This document shows, piece after piece, positions 37,114 to 47,424 of a DNA stretch of 64,000 nucleotides. Source of the DNA: an uncultured Candidatus Saccharibacteria bacterium (GTDB lineage: Bacteria; Patescibacteriota; Minisyncoccia; Phycocordibacterales; WO2-35-19). Within the stretch, counting starts at the first letter, position 1. Every line of letters starts with the position of its first letter. The stretch covers positions 42,133 to 106,132 of the forward strand of contig CAZPQX010000003.1 of NCBI GenBank assembly GCA_964589445.1. The letters are read 5' to 3'. The notes under the pieces were generated by a model. The model was given only the letters and a program-made list of their open reading frames with translations. It was not told the origin of the DNA and made no database searches. Both the position numbers and the translations under genes were made by a program.

Positions 37114-38979
37114 TTAAACGCCGAGTACTACAGGGATAACTATTGGCTTTTTAGCTGTTTTTTGGAAGAGGAAGCTGCCTACTGCATCGTTTAGGTTGTT
37201 TTTTATGTAGTCAAAGTTGAGTGGGTTCATGCCTCTTGTTGAGTCTTCTACTGTTTTCTTTATGACAAGTCTTGTTTGGCTGAGTAGCTCTTGTGATTCA
37301 CGGAGGTATACGAAGCCTCTGGCGATAAGATCAGGTGACTTCCTTAGTTTGCCAGTCTTCATGTCGACTAGTGTGACGATGACGAATATCCCATCATCAG
37401 CGAGCATTTTCCTGTCTCGTAGCACCACTTCTTGGATGTCTCCAATTGAAAAACCATCTACTGTTACGAGGTCGCTCGGAGCTTTTTCTTTAAGGATTTT
37501 TATCTTTTGACCTTGATCATAAATTTCTATTATTGATCCGTTGTCTGGGATGACTACATTTTCTTTTGGGGCACCGATGCTTTGTGCGAGCTCGGCGTGC
37601 TGGCAAAGCATGTAGTGGTTGCCGTGTACTGGCATAAAGAATTTGTAGTTAATCTTTTGGTGTATCCATTTGAGCTCATCGCGGTTGCCGTGACCTGATG
37701 CGTGGATATCTGAGTCGAGGTAAGTCACTACTTTGGCTTCAGATCGGTATAGGTTGTCTTTGAGTTTGACTATGGCTTTGTGGTTGGTAGGGATGATAGA
37801 AGAAGAAAGCAAAATAGTATCTGTCTTTTTGAGACGAACGTATTTGTGGGTCTTATTTGCAATCCTCATAAGGGCGGCAAACTCTTCACCTTGGGCACCA
37901 GTCACAAGCATGACTATCCTGTCTGGAGGATAATTTTCTATTTCCTCGATTGGTATCACATTTTGTATTTCAGCCAGCTTGAGAAGTTTGATGATCTCGA
38001 GGTTTGCTTTCATGCTCCTACCCTCGACAACTATTTTTTTGTTGTATTTTTCTGCAGTTTTGACGATAGATATGATGCGTTCAACTTGTGAAGCAAATGT
38101 GCCGATGATAAGTCTTGCTTTTGTTTCTTTTATAAACCTCTCGATATTTTGTGCTACCACACTTTCTGAAAGTGAAAAACCTTGCTTCTCAACGCTCGTT
38201 GAGTCCATAGTAAGAAGAAGTACATTCATGTCTTTAAATCTTTTGTATTGTTCCTCTTCTTCTTCGGTAGGCACTCCTTTTATGTTGTCTACTCTCACGT
38301 CCTCGATAAAAACTATGTTTCCGTATTTGGTTTCTATCACAAGACCCATAGAGTCAGGAATGGTGTGAGAAATAGGGAAGGTGCTAACTTTTATGTTACC
38401 GCAAGTTATCTTTTCGTCGCCTTCTATTATTTTGATATCAAGCTCTTTGAGGTGGGGGAATTCTTCTTGCCTCTTTTTTATCATTATTGCTCCAAACTGT
38501 CTGGTGTAGACGGTAGGGTAGCCTATCCTGTCTATGATGTAGGGGATACCACCAATGTGGTCGAGGTGACCGTGTGTGATGAAGAGGCCTCTTATTTTGG
38601 CCTTATTTTCTTCGAGATAGCGGGTGTTTGGAAGTATATAGTCTATACCAGGAGAGTCTTCGTCTTTAAATTGAAAGCCAGCATCCACTACTATGATGTC
38701 TTCGCCAATCTCGATGGCCGTCATATTCCTGCCAATTTCTTCTACTCCACCTAGAGGTATGATCCTGATATTGTCTCCAACAGGAGGTATCTTAGCCATT
38801 TCTTTTGCAGCCTCTCTGTTTGGCTCTCTTTTTTCTATGATCCTGTTTGCTGGATTTGCTGGTTTTGGATTTCTCCTCATCCTCATTGATCTGAAATCTC
38901 GCCCTGGTCTTTTGACTGGTGCTCGCCCAGGTGTATCTGATCTGAAGCTTCTTATTGTTCCTCTCCTATTGTTTTCCAT
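37114..38979 (-). CDS. rnj: Ribonuclease J
   Basis: IPLGGVEEIGRNM, THGHLDHIGG, HASGHG, PVHG. Confidence 0.95.
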   Translation of the reverse strand: MENNRRGTIRSFRSDTPGRAPVKRPGRDFRSMRMRRNPKPANPANRIIEKREPNREAAKEMAKIPPVGDNIRIIPLGGVEEIGRNMTAIEIGEDIIVVDAGFQFKDEDSPGIDYILPNTRYLEENKAKIRGLFITHGHLDHIGGIPYIIDRIGYPTVYTRQFGAIMIKKRQEEFPHLKELDIKIIEGDEKITCGNIKVSTFPISHTIPDSMGLVIETKYGNIVFIEDVRVDNIKGVPTEEEEEQYKRFKDMNVLLLTMDSTSVEKQGFSLSESVVAQNIERFIKETKARLIIGTFASQVERIISIVKTAEKYNKKIVVEGRSMKANLEIIKLLKLAEIQNVIPIEEIENYPPDRIVMLVTGAQGEEFAALMRIANKTHKYVRLKKTDTILLSSSIIPTNHKAIVKLKDNLYRSEAKVVTYLDSDIHASGHGNRDELKWIHQKINYKFFMPVHGNHYMLCQHAELAQSIGAPKENVVIPDNGSIIEIYDQGQKIKILKEKAPSDLVTVDGFSIGDIQEVVLRDRKMLADDGIFVIVTLVDMKTGKLRKSPDLIARGFVYLRESQELLSQTRLVIKKTVEDSTRGMNPLNFDYIKNNLNDAVGSFLFQKTAKKPIVIPVVLGV

Positions 38980-38999
38980 TTTTATTTTTTATTAATTAT

Positions 39000-40748
39000 T
39001 TATTTTGCAAATATTTCCCAAACTTTGTCTGTCTCTATATACCATTTACTTATCATTGCGAACCTCTCACTTGGCGCCGATATATTTTTAAAAGATATAT
39101 TTTTGACCTTTGTTGGTTTGAGGTATGTGAGGCTCGGTGTAAACAAGAATATTGCAGGCATGTCTTTCTTTATTTCATTGCTGATTGCTTCTTTGTCCGC
39201 ACTTATTTTTTGAGGGTCTCTTATAGTCCTCATGTCTTCAAGGAGCTTGTCTACTGTGATGTTTGTATAAAGAGAAATATTGAGGCCTGGATCATTTCTT
39301 TCTGAAGAATGCCAGAAAGGGTGAAGATCTGTGTTTTCGTTTATTATTTCTCCAAAGAGGAGAGAGTCGTATTTTCTACTCTTGATAATATTTTGGGTAA
39401 GATCGGAGGACTCAAAAACTTTTACTTCTACTCTTGCCCCGATTTCTTCCCATCTCGCTTTGAGTATTTCAGCTGTTGCTTTTAGGTCTATTGAGTCTGA
39501 TGTGGTGATGCTGAAACTCAAAACTTCTTTTTTGTCCTTTGTTTCTTTTTGTAAAATGCCTTCTTCGTTTGGTTTCCAGCCATTGTTTGCAAGGAGGGTT
39601 TTGGCAGCCTCGACGTCACCCTTTATCAAAGACTCATTTGTTTCTACGCTTGCTGGGGTCGGTCCGTTTATCGGTTTGCCAAATCCGAACAATACGTTTT
39701 CTACTATCTGCCCCCTTGGTGCAGACAAAGACAGAGCTTCTCGTACTTCTTTGTTTAAAAATACTGGTGCCACATTTTGATTTAGGAAAAGCGCAAAAAC
39801 TCTAGGGGTCGATACATCTTGTGTGAAATTTTGTTTTCCTATTTCGTTTGCCGTAGCAGGACTGATGCCGCTCGCACTTTCTATATCACCATTTTTATAT
39901 GCTTTGTAGAGCTCACTTTCGTTTTGGAAAAATTTTAGAGTCACATTTTTTATTAGTGGTCTTTCTGGTGAGTATCTATTGAAAGACTCAAAGCTCATAA
40001 GTGTGAGTAAACCGCTACCATCCCTCTCGGCCGCTGTCACTTTGAAAGGACCCGAGCCTACGGGAGTGATGTTGAATTCACTGAAAGGGAACTGTTCGGA
40101 GGAAACCTTTTCCCAAATGTGTTTTGGTAGGATGCCGAGAGTCAGTGACTCAAGGAATGGTGTGTAAGGTTTGCTAAGGAAAAATCTGATGGTTTTGTCG
40201 TCTATCTTTTCTACTGAGACTCCGGCCCAGCCTGGTTGCTTGGAGCTTTTTATAACAGGATCAACTATTTTATTTATTGTGAAAATAACGTCATCAGATG
40301 TCACTCTCTTGCCGTCGTGGAAATATGCATCTTCTTTTATTTTGAATTCGTAAGTCCTACCATCGTCTGAGACTCCGTAACTTTCGGCGAGGTCTTCGGT
40401 GTATTTGCCATCCTCATTTACCTTGAGAAGTCCTGAGTACACTAAAGAAGATATGTTTTTGTCTGTGTCTGATATAGCTAGTATTGGATTTATAAATCTA
40501 GGAGAACCAACCAAACCTTCGTTTATAGATCCGCCAAAGCTGGGCACTTCTACAAGGAAGTAGCTGTTGACTTTAAATAGGAGCATGACACCGCTCACCA
40601 CTACAGCGATAGAAGCAATAGTGAAGATCATCCTTTCAGCAGGATTCATCTTTTTTGATACTCCTTCCATTTTTTCTATAAATTTAAAATTTATAGAATT
40701 TACAAATAGAGCATTAAAAAAGGATACTATTTTATTTCCAGGTTTCAT
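39000..40748 (-). CDS. ABC transporter peptide-binding protein (family 5)
   Basis: PRFINP, FHDG..VTSDDV.FT, PVGSGPF. Confidence 0.9.
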   Translation of the reverse strand: MKPGNKIVSFFNALFVNSINFKFIEKMEGVSKKMNPAERMIFTIASIAVVVSGVMLLFKVNSYFLVEVPSFGGSINEGLVGSPRFINPILAISDTDKNISSLVYSGLLKVNEDGKYTEDLAESYGVSDDGRTYEFKIKEDAYFHDGKRVTSDDVIFTINKIVDPVIKSSKQPGWAGVSVEKIDDKTIRFFLSKPYTPFLESLTLGILPKHIWEKVSSEQFPFSEFNITPVGSGPFKVTAAERDGSGLLTLMSFESFNRYSPERPLIKNVTLKFFQNESELYKAYKNGDIESASGISPATANEIGKQNFTQDVSTPRVFALFLNQNVAPVFLNKEVREALSLSAPRGQIVENVLFGFGKPINGPTPASVETNESLIKGDVEAAKTLLANNGWKPNEEGILQKETKDKKEVLSFSITTSDSIDLKATAEILKARWEEIGARVEVKVFESSDLTQNIIKSRKYDSLLFGEIINENTDLHPFWHSSERNDPGLNISLYTNITVDKLLEDMRTIRDPQKISADKEAISNEIKKDMPAIFLFTPSLTYLKPTKVKNISFKNISAPSERFAMISKWYIETDKVWEIFAK

Positions 40749-40794
40749 TTAGTGATGATTTGCGTAAGAGAAAAGAGATTTCGAAGAAAAGATA

Positions 40795-41004
40795 TTATAG
40801 CAGGTTTGTTATGCTTGATACAACAAATAGTATGGCTACGAGTATTGTGATACGGAAAATCCAAAGCTCTGGACCCCTTCTTTGTCTATGTGTGTTGTCT
40901 AGGTTGCCTCCGCCGAAAGCACTTCCAAGAGAACCTTCTCCTTGCTGTATAAGCACCAAGATTCCGAGTAGTGCACCTAATATTATTTGGATATAAGCCA
41001 ACAT
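40795..41004 (-). CDS. secG: Preprotein translocase subunit SecG
   Basis: LVLIQQGEGSLGSAFGG...RRG.E two-TM pattern. Confidence 0.9.
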   Translation of the reverse strand: MLAYIQIILGALLGILVLIQQGEGSLGSAFGGGNLDNTHRQRRGPELWIFRITILVAILFVVSSITNLL

Positions 41005-41187
41005 TTGATTAATTTAGAGCAAAATTAGCACGCAGTAGATAATAAAACAAGTTTACAATATGATTTTAATTAAGTATCACTTTTTGTCAAGGTCTGGTTT
41101 AAAAAATTGAAGCTTTATTTTTAAACATTTCTGTTTTAGAATACTCTCGCTTAATAGCAAATTTACAAGCATAATTTTGTTTCTAAA

Positions 41188-41535
41188 ATGAAAAAAATGA
41201 AAAATGAAAAATCTGTCAGCTCGAACAAATCTTTGAGTTCAAAGATAGAGCCTCTCTATGACAGGGTCGTTTTGAAGCCTCAAGCTGAAGACGAGAGAAG
41301 CAAAACCGCTTCTGGGATAATCATCCCAGATACAGTAAGTAAAGAAAAGCCAGAACAGGGTGTGGTGCTCTCTGTAGGTGAAGGCAGACTAGATGAAGAT
41401 GGTAAGAGAGTACCGATGTCTGTGAAGGTTGGAGACAGAGTGGTGTTTTCTCGTTATGGATATGAAGAGGTAAAAATCGAGGGCGAGGAATACTACATTA
41501 TAAAAGAGGAAAATATATTGGCGATTATTAAATAA
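41188..41535 (+). CDS. groES: Co-chaperonin GroES
   Basis: PLYDRVV, TASGIIIPD, VKVGDRV. Confidence 0.97.
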   Translation: MKKMKNEKSVSSNKSLSSKIEPLYDRVVLKPQAEDERSKTASGIIIPDTVSKEKPEQGVVLSVGEGRLDEDGKRVPMSVKVGDRVVFSRYGYEEVKIEGEEYYIIKEENILAIIK

Positions 41536-41539
41536 TTGA

Positions 41540-43189
<1,650 letters not shown>

Positions 43190-43226
43190 TTTTGCTTGAT
43201 TTAAATTTAAGAGGTAAGATATTTGT

Positions 43227-43318
43227 AGATGAATCCTACCACCCCCACTCCCATGGGGGTTCCGAGAGACAAGAGAGACGAACCAATGAGGGCTGACCGC
43301 AAGGTCAGCCCTTTGTAT
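43227..43318 (+). ncRNA. Candidate small RNA (or 32-aa leaderless peptide 43229-43327)
   Basis: TTGCTT(43192)-17-TAAGAT(43215) promoter; hairpins 43241-43260 and 43289-43312 (GCAA loop). Confidence 0.4.
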
Positions 43319-43519
43319 TTGTGTTAGAATATGTTCATTGAAAACCTTATTAGAAATATTAAAATAAAAGCACTACTAGCTTGGGAGTGCTAATTCTTTA
43401 AAAACCAAGAGGCACATTAGAAGGAAAGCCTTGAACCAAAAAAGTAAACACAACCACTCCCGAGCTAGCGGTGCTTTTCTTGTAATGTACCTCTAAAGTT
43501 TTTGTAATATAATTAAATT

Positions 43520-44047
43520 ATGGATATTTTTGCACACGCGCTTTGGACCAATATGGTCTATATGAAAAAGTATAAGAACGAAGTGAGGGACAGGTTTATC
43601 GCTGTGGCTTTTGGTGTGGTGCCTGACCTCCTTTCTTTTGTGCCGTTTTTTGTTTATGCGATTTTTAGTAGAAAAGAATTTTTTGAAATGATGGGTAGTG
43701 GGGTGGCGGTGGCTAGGTATGCTAGCGAGTCTTACAACTACACCCACAGTATCGTCTTTTTTGCTTTAGTATTTATTTTAATTGGTTTGGTTAGGAAAAT
43801 TTGGAAAAAATCTTTTGTGTACTGGCCTATCTTTGGTTGGCTCTTGCATATACTGATAGACATACCGTCTCACCGAGGCTTTTATGAGACACCTTTTCTC
43901 TTTCCTTTGTCGGGGTATAAGTTTTCACATGGTGTTTCTTGGGGGCACCCGGTTTTCATGATTATAAATTATAGTGCTTTAGCTGCCATCTACCTTGTTT
44001 GGTTCCTTGTGCTTAGAAAAAAGAATTTACCCGAGAAAAGGGGATAA
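43520..44047 (+). CDS. Membrane-bound metal-dependent hydrolase-like protein
   Basis: AHAL, PDL, THS and LHILIDIPSH motifs. Confidence 0.75.
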   Translation: MDIFAHALWTNMVYMKKYKNEVRDRFIAVAFGVVPDLLSFVPFFVYAIFSRKEFFEMMGSGVAVARYASESYNYTHSIVFFALVFILIGLVRKIWKKSFVYWPIFGWLLHILIDIPSHRGFYETPFLFPLSGYKFSHGVSWGHPVFMIINYSALAAIYLVWFLVLRKKNLPEKRG

Positions 44048-44148
44048 CTACTTGCATTATTTATAATAGTGTGCTTTTATTGTCCCGGGCGCTCTTTTAA
44101 AGATTTAATCGGAGGAGAGCGTACTATTTCTGATATTTTGGGAGGAAT

Positions 44149-44772
44149 ATGACCAAGAAGCTTTTTGCTTTGGCCATTCTGCTGTTCGTTTTTTCCGTCG
44201 GCATTCTGCCGGCGGCACCCATGACCTATAACACCGGTGACGGTAATGCCGCGTGGGGCGGCGCGGCCCAGGTGGTGATCACCAACATCTCGAGCCCCCC
44301 TTGGGCGCCGAACGGCACCACTGGTGCCGGGTCCTTGTGGGTGAACAGCACCAACTCCGGCTTCCAGGGTGGTGGTCCGGCGCTGGGCACCACGACTACC
44401 TACACCCTTAATTTGGGGTGGGTGTCGTGGATCCACGCTCGGGTCTTGGCCGACGACGGCTCGCATGTGTCGCTCTCGGTGAACGGTAATCCGTTCACTA
44501 CACTGGTGAACAGCAGTGGCGCCCCGCAGGCGACCAATTGCAGTTCGCAGGTGCCTTCGTGTCCAGCGAGCATGGTTTGGGACTCCGGCATGATTAATAT
44601 CGGGGGGAATGCCATCCTCCGGTTCGTCACCAGCCAGGATGTCAACAACACCCCTATGGGCACCCAGATCACGGTGCATTCCGATGTGCCCGAGCCCGGC
44701 ACCTTCGCCCTCATGGGCGCCGCTCTGATTGGTCTCGGCTTCCGCAAGCTCCGGCCCGATCGTAGGTCCTGA
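44149..44772 (+). CDS. PEP-CTERM sorting-signal protein
   Basis: Signal peptide and C-terminal VPEPGTFALMGAALIGLGFRKLR; strongly GC-rich relative to flanks. Confidence 0.9.
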   Translation: MTKKLFALAILLFVFSVGILPAAPMTYNTGDGNAAWGGAAQVVITNISSPPWAPNGTTGAGSLWVNSTNSGFQGGGPALGTTTTYTLNLGWVSWIHARVLADDGSHVSLSVNGNPFTTLVNSSGAPQATNCSSQVPSCPASMVWDSGMINIGGNAILRFVTSQDVNNTPMGTQITVHSDVPEPGTFALMGAALIGLGFRKLRPDRRS

Positions 44773-44952
44773 TCACCGTCACCGACCGCCTCTGATTAAA
44801 TAATAGTTCGTTCGTGTCCGTTGCTCGCCTGCATACAAGCAAGTGAGACGCCGTCCCTCCGGGGCCGGCTTTTTTTTGCCAATTTTTTTTCCAAATGCAG
44901 GCACTTTACAGGTATGATATAATGACTCTAAGTTAGAATTAATCAAACTATT

Positions 44953-45513
44953 ATGGAATTATCTTGGATTTTATTGATCGTGGCTGTGGTAGCAGCTTTT
45001 TGGCTAGTCTTTGCCTACAACCGTTTTGTATCTTTGGTAAACAGAGCAAAAGAAGCTTCAAGTGACATCGAGGTGCAAATGAAGAGGCGATATGACCTGA
45101 TACCCAACCTTGTGAGCACGGTGAAAGGCTACGCTGCGCATGAGCAAGAAACTTTAGACAGAGTGATACAAGCAAGGAATACAGCCATGAGCGCCACGGG
45201 CGCCGAGGCTCAAGGTCAGGCAGAAAATATGCTTACAGGTGCACTCAAATCAGTCTTTGCTCTTTCTGAAAGCTACCCAGACCTAAAGGCAAATACAAAT
45301 TTCCTAGAGCTTCAGAGAGAAATTTCTGACACCGAAAATAAGATCCAGGCTGCAAGAAGGTTTTATAATACAAATGTGAGAGACCTCAACATTGCAACCG
45401 AATCTTTCCCTTCAAATATCATCGCCAAAGTTTTTGGATTTTCAAAGATGGAATTGTTTGACCTCGAAGAAGAAGCAGCTAGGCAGCCAGTAAAGGTAGA
45501 CTTTAGCCAATAG
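44953..45513 (+). CDS. lemA: LemA family protein
   Basis: RRYDLIPNLV.TVKGYA.HE, YPDLKAN.NF, RRFYN. Confidence 0.93.
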   Translation: MELSWILLIVAVVAAFWLVFAYNRFVSLVNRAKEASSDIEVQMKRRYDLIPNLVSTVKGYAAHEQETLDRVIQARNTAMSATGAEAQGQAENMLTGALKSVFALSESYPDLKANTNFLELQREISDTENKIQAARRFYNTNVRDLNIATESFPSNIIAKVFGFSKMELFDLEEEAARQPVKVDFSQ

Positions 45514-45548
45514 ATTTTAGATAGTAGGTAATAGTAATAGATAAAAAC

Positions 45549-45779
45549 ATGCATAACATAACAATATATTCGACTCCGACTTGTCACTTCTGCCACTTGG
45601 CAAAAGAGTATTTTACTGAGAAGGGTATAAAATATACTGAGCATGATGTACTCGCTGACATGGCAAAGAGGCAAGAAATGGTAGACAAAAGCGGTCAGCT
45701 CGGAGTGCCGGTCATCGTCATTGATGAAAAGGTGATAGTCGGGTTTGATCAGCCACAGGTAGAGGCTTTGCTAAAATAA
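45549..45779 (+). CDS. Glutaredoxin (NrdH-like)
   Basis: YSTPTCHFC, GVPVI, VGFD. Confidence 0.9.
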   Translation: MHNITIYSTPTCHFCHLAKEYFTEKGIKYTEHDVLADMAKRQEMVDKSGQLGVPVIVIDEKVIVGFDQPQVEALLK

Positions 45780-45787
45780 CCATTCTT

Positions 45788-46033
45788 ATGCTTCCAGAAG
45801 AAAGACAAATGTTAAAAAAGGCCCTTGAGCTTTCTCAAGAAAACAACGAGATGCTTCGTTCTATGAAGCGGAGTATGTTTATTGGGAGGATATTTCGCAT
45901 AGCTTATTGGGTGGTGATAATAGGCGCCGGTGTGGGTGCTTACTATTATATAGAGCCGTATCTGGACGGGGCGGTCAGTGCCTACGGGTCCCTAAAAGGA
46001 GACGTCCAGTCTTTTGGGGATTTGTTTAGGTAA
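45788..46033 (+). CDS. Small membrane protein
   Basis: ENN.MLR.M.R motif plus one TM segment. Confidence 0.7.
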   Translation: MLPEERQMLKKALELSQENNEMLRSMKRSMFIGRIFRIAYWVVIIGAGVGAYYYIEPYLDGAVSAYGSLKGDVQSFGDLFR

Positions 46034-46080
46034 ATTTAAAATTTTGTGATATAAATATTCTTGCCTGAGGTAAGAATAAC

Positions 46081-46156
46081 GCCGAGGTAGCTCAGTTGGT
46101 AGAGCGCTCCCCTGAAGAGGGATAGGTCACCAGTTCGACCCTGGTCCTCGGCACCA
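46081..46156 (+). tRNA. tRNA-Phe(GAA)
   Basis: GCCGAGG/CCTCGGC acceptor, CTGAAGA anticodon loop, TTCGACC T loop, encoded CCA. Confidence 0.95.
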
Positions 46157-46230
46157 CTTCACTCTTTATGAAAGAGTTTCGCGGTGTAAACACCAAACAA
46201 AACAAAAAACTCCCCAAGGGAGATTTTTTG

Positions 46231-46689
46231 TTAGTTGCCTCTGACTTTTAGTTTGGTCGAGCGGTGCTTGTCGAGTTTTGGAAGCCTTAGTATGAGTAGA
46301 CCGTGCTTTTCGATAGCCTCTGCTCCGTCTACATCTATCTCTTGAGGGAGCACTATGTTTCTTGAGAAGCTGCCCCAATAGAGCTCTCTGTGGAAGTAGT
46401 CATCGTCAGCTACAGTCCTCTCTGTTTCTCTTTTGCCTTTGATAGTCACCATGTCGCGAGTGATGGATACGTCCAAATCTTCTGGCTTCACACCAGCCAC
46501 CATAGACTTGATGATTATCTCATTTGGGTTTTGATAAACATCTACTGTGAGCTCGCCTTCTTCGGGCGCGTTGTTTATCCAGTCACTTTTTTCTTCGACT
46601 TCTAATTCTTCTTCCTCGTCTTCGAAGTCTCGTGTGATGGGTACCGAACCCGTGAGTCTTTCAAAAAATGATCTTTTTTCTTTTGCCAT
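46231..46689 (-). CDS. Hsp20/alpha-crystallin small heat-shock protein
   Basis: VDVYQ, AGVKPEDLDV, ELYWGSFSR, GLLILRLPK. Confidence 0.93.
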   Translation of the reverse strand: MAKEKRSFFERLTGSVPITRDFEDEEEELEVEEKSDWINNAPEEGELTVDVYQNPNEIIIKSMVAGVKPEDLDVSITRDMVTIKGKRETERTVADDDYFHRELYWGSFSRNIVLPQEIDVDGAEAIEKHGLLILRLPKLDKHRSTKLKVRGN

Positions 46690-46701
46690 TTTAAATTAAA
46701 T

Positions 46702-47409
46702 TTAGTTAACCAAACTTTTTTCAAACTTTGTGGTTTTTATTTTTTCTATCAATACCACAAGCACAATAATGAGCACCCAAAAAGCAGAGAATACTAGGAA
46801 TATCGGCGTCTTGATATTAATTATAAGCAAGTTAAATATTGTATGCAATATCACACTTACTAATAACCCTGTGAATAAAAATATTTTTTTTATTTTTACT
46901 TTTTTGTAAAATGACAATCCTATCATTACACCAATTGAAGATGAAGATGCGATGTGGAGCACGGTGGCGCCGATAAATCTCGAATTTCCATTCATGAGAC
47001 TTTCTATGAAAAGATTTGAATATATGAGGTTGGAAAGGAAGAGGGAATTTTCGATCGCTGAAAATCCTAAGGCCGCTGTGATCATATATATGACTGCGTC
47101 TATTGGCTCGTCATTTGCTTTGCTTATTAGTGCTCCCAAAAAGGCTGCTAAAAATTTAAAAAACTCTTCTGTTGCGGCCCAGAGTATTATGGTGAGAGGT
47201 GATATACTTCCTAAAAAATCAAAAATGAATCTCTCTATAGGGATAACAAGAAAAACAGAAATGGCACCAAGGAGGAAGACAATAGCAATTTTCTTTTTAG
47301 GTTCAGGATGCACTCTGTCTTCTTTAAGCCAAAACCAAAGCCAAAAAAGGGCAGGTAGCACTCCTCCTAAGAGAGAAATTAAGGCGGTGTTGAAAGAAGG
47401 AAACATCAA
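46702..47409 (-). CDS. PrsW family intramembrane metalloprotease
   Basis: EEFFK, ALGFSAIEN, LH and LHTIFN motifs. Confidence 0.9.
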   Translation of the reverse strand: MMFPSFNTALISLLGGVLPALFWLWFWLKEDRVHPEPKKKIAIVFLLGAISVFLVIPIERFIFDFLGSISPLTIILWAATEEFFKFLAAFLGALISKANDEPIDAVIYMITAALGFSAIENSLFLSNLIYSNLFIESLMNGNSRFIGATVLHIASSSSIGVMIGLSFYKKVKIKKIFLFTGLLVSVILHTIFNLLIINIKTPIFLVFSAFWVLIIVLVVLIEKIKTTKFEKSLVN

Positions 47410-47424
47410 CTAAATTTTAGCACA

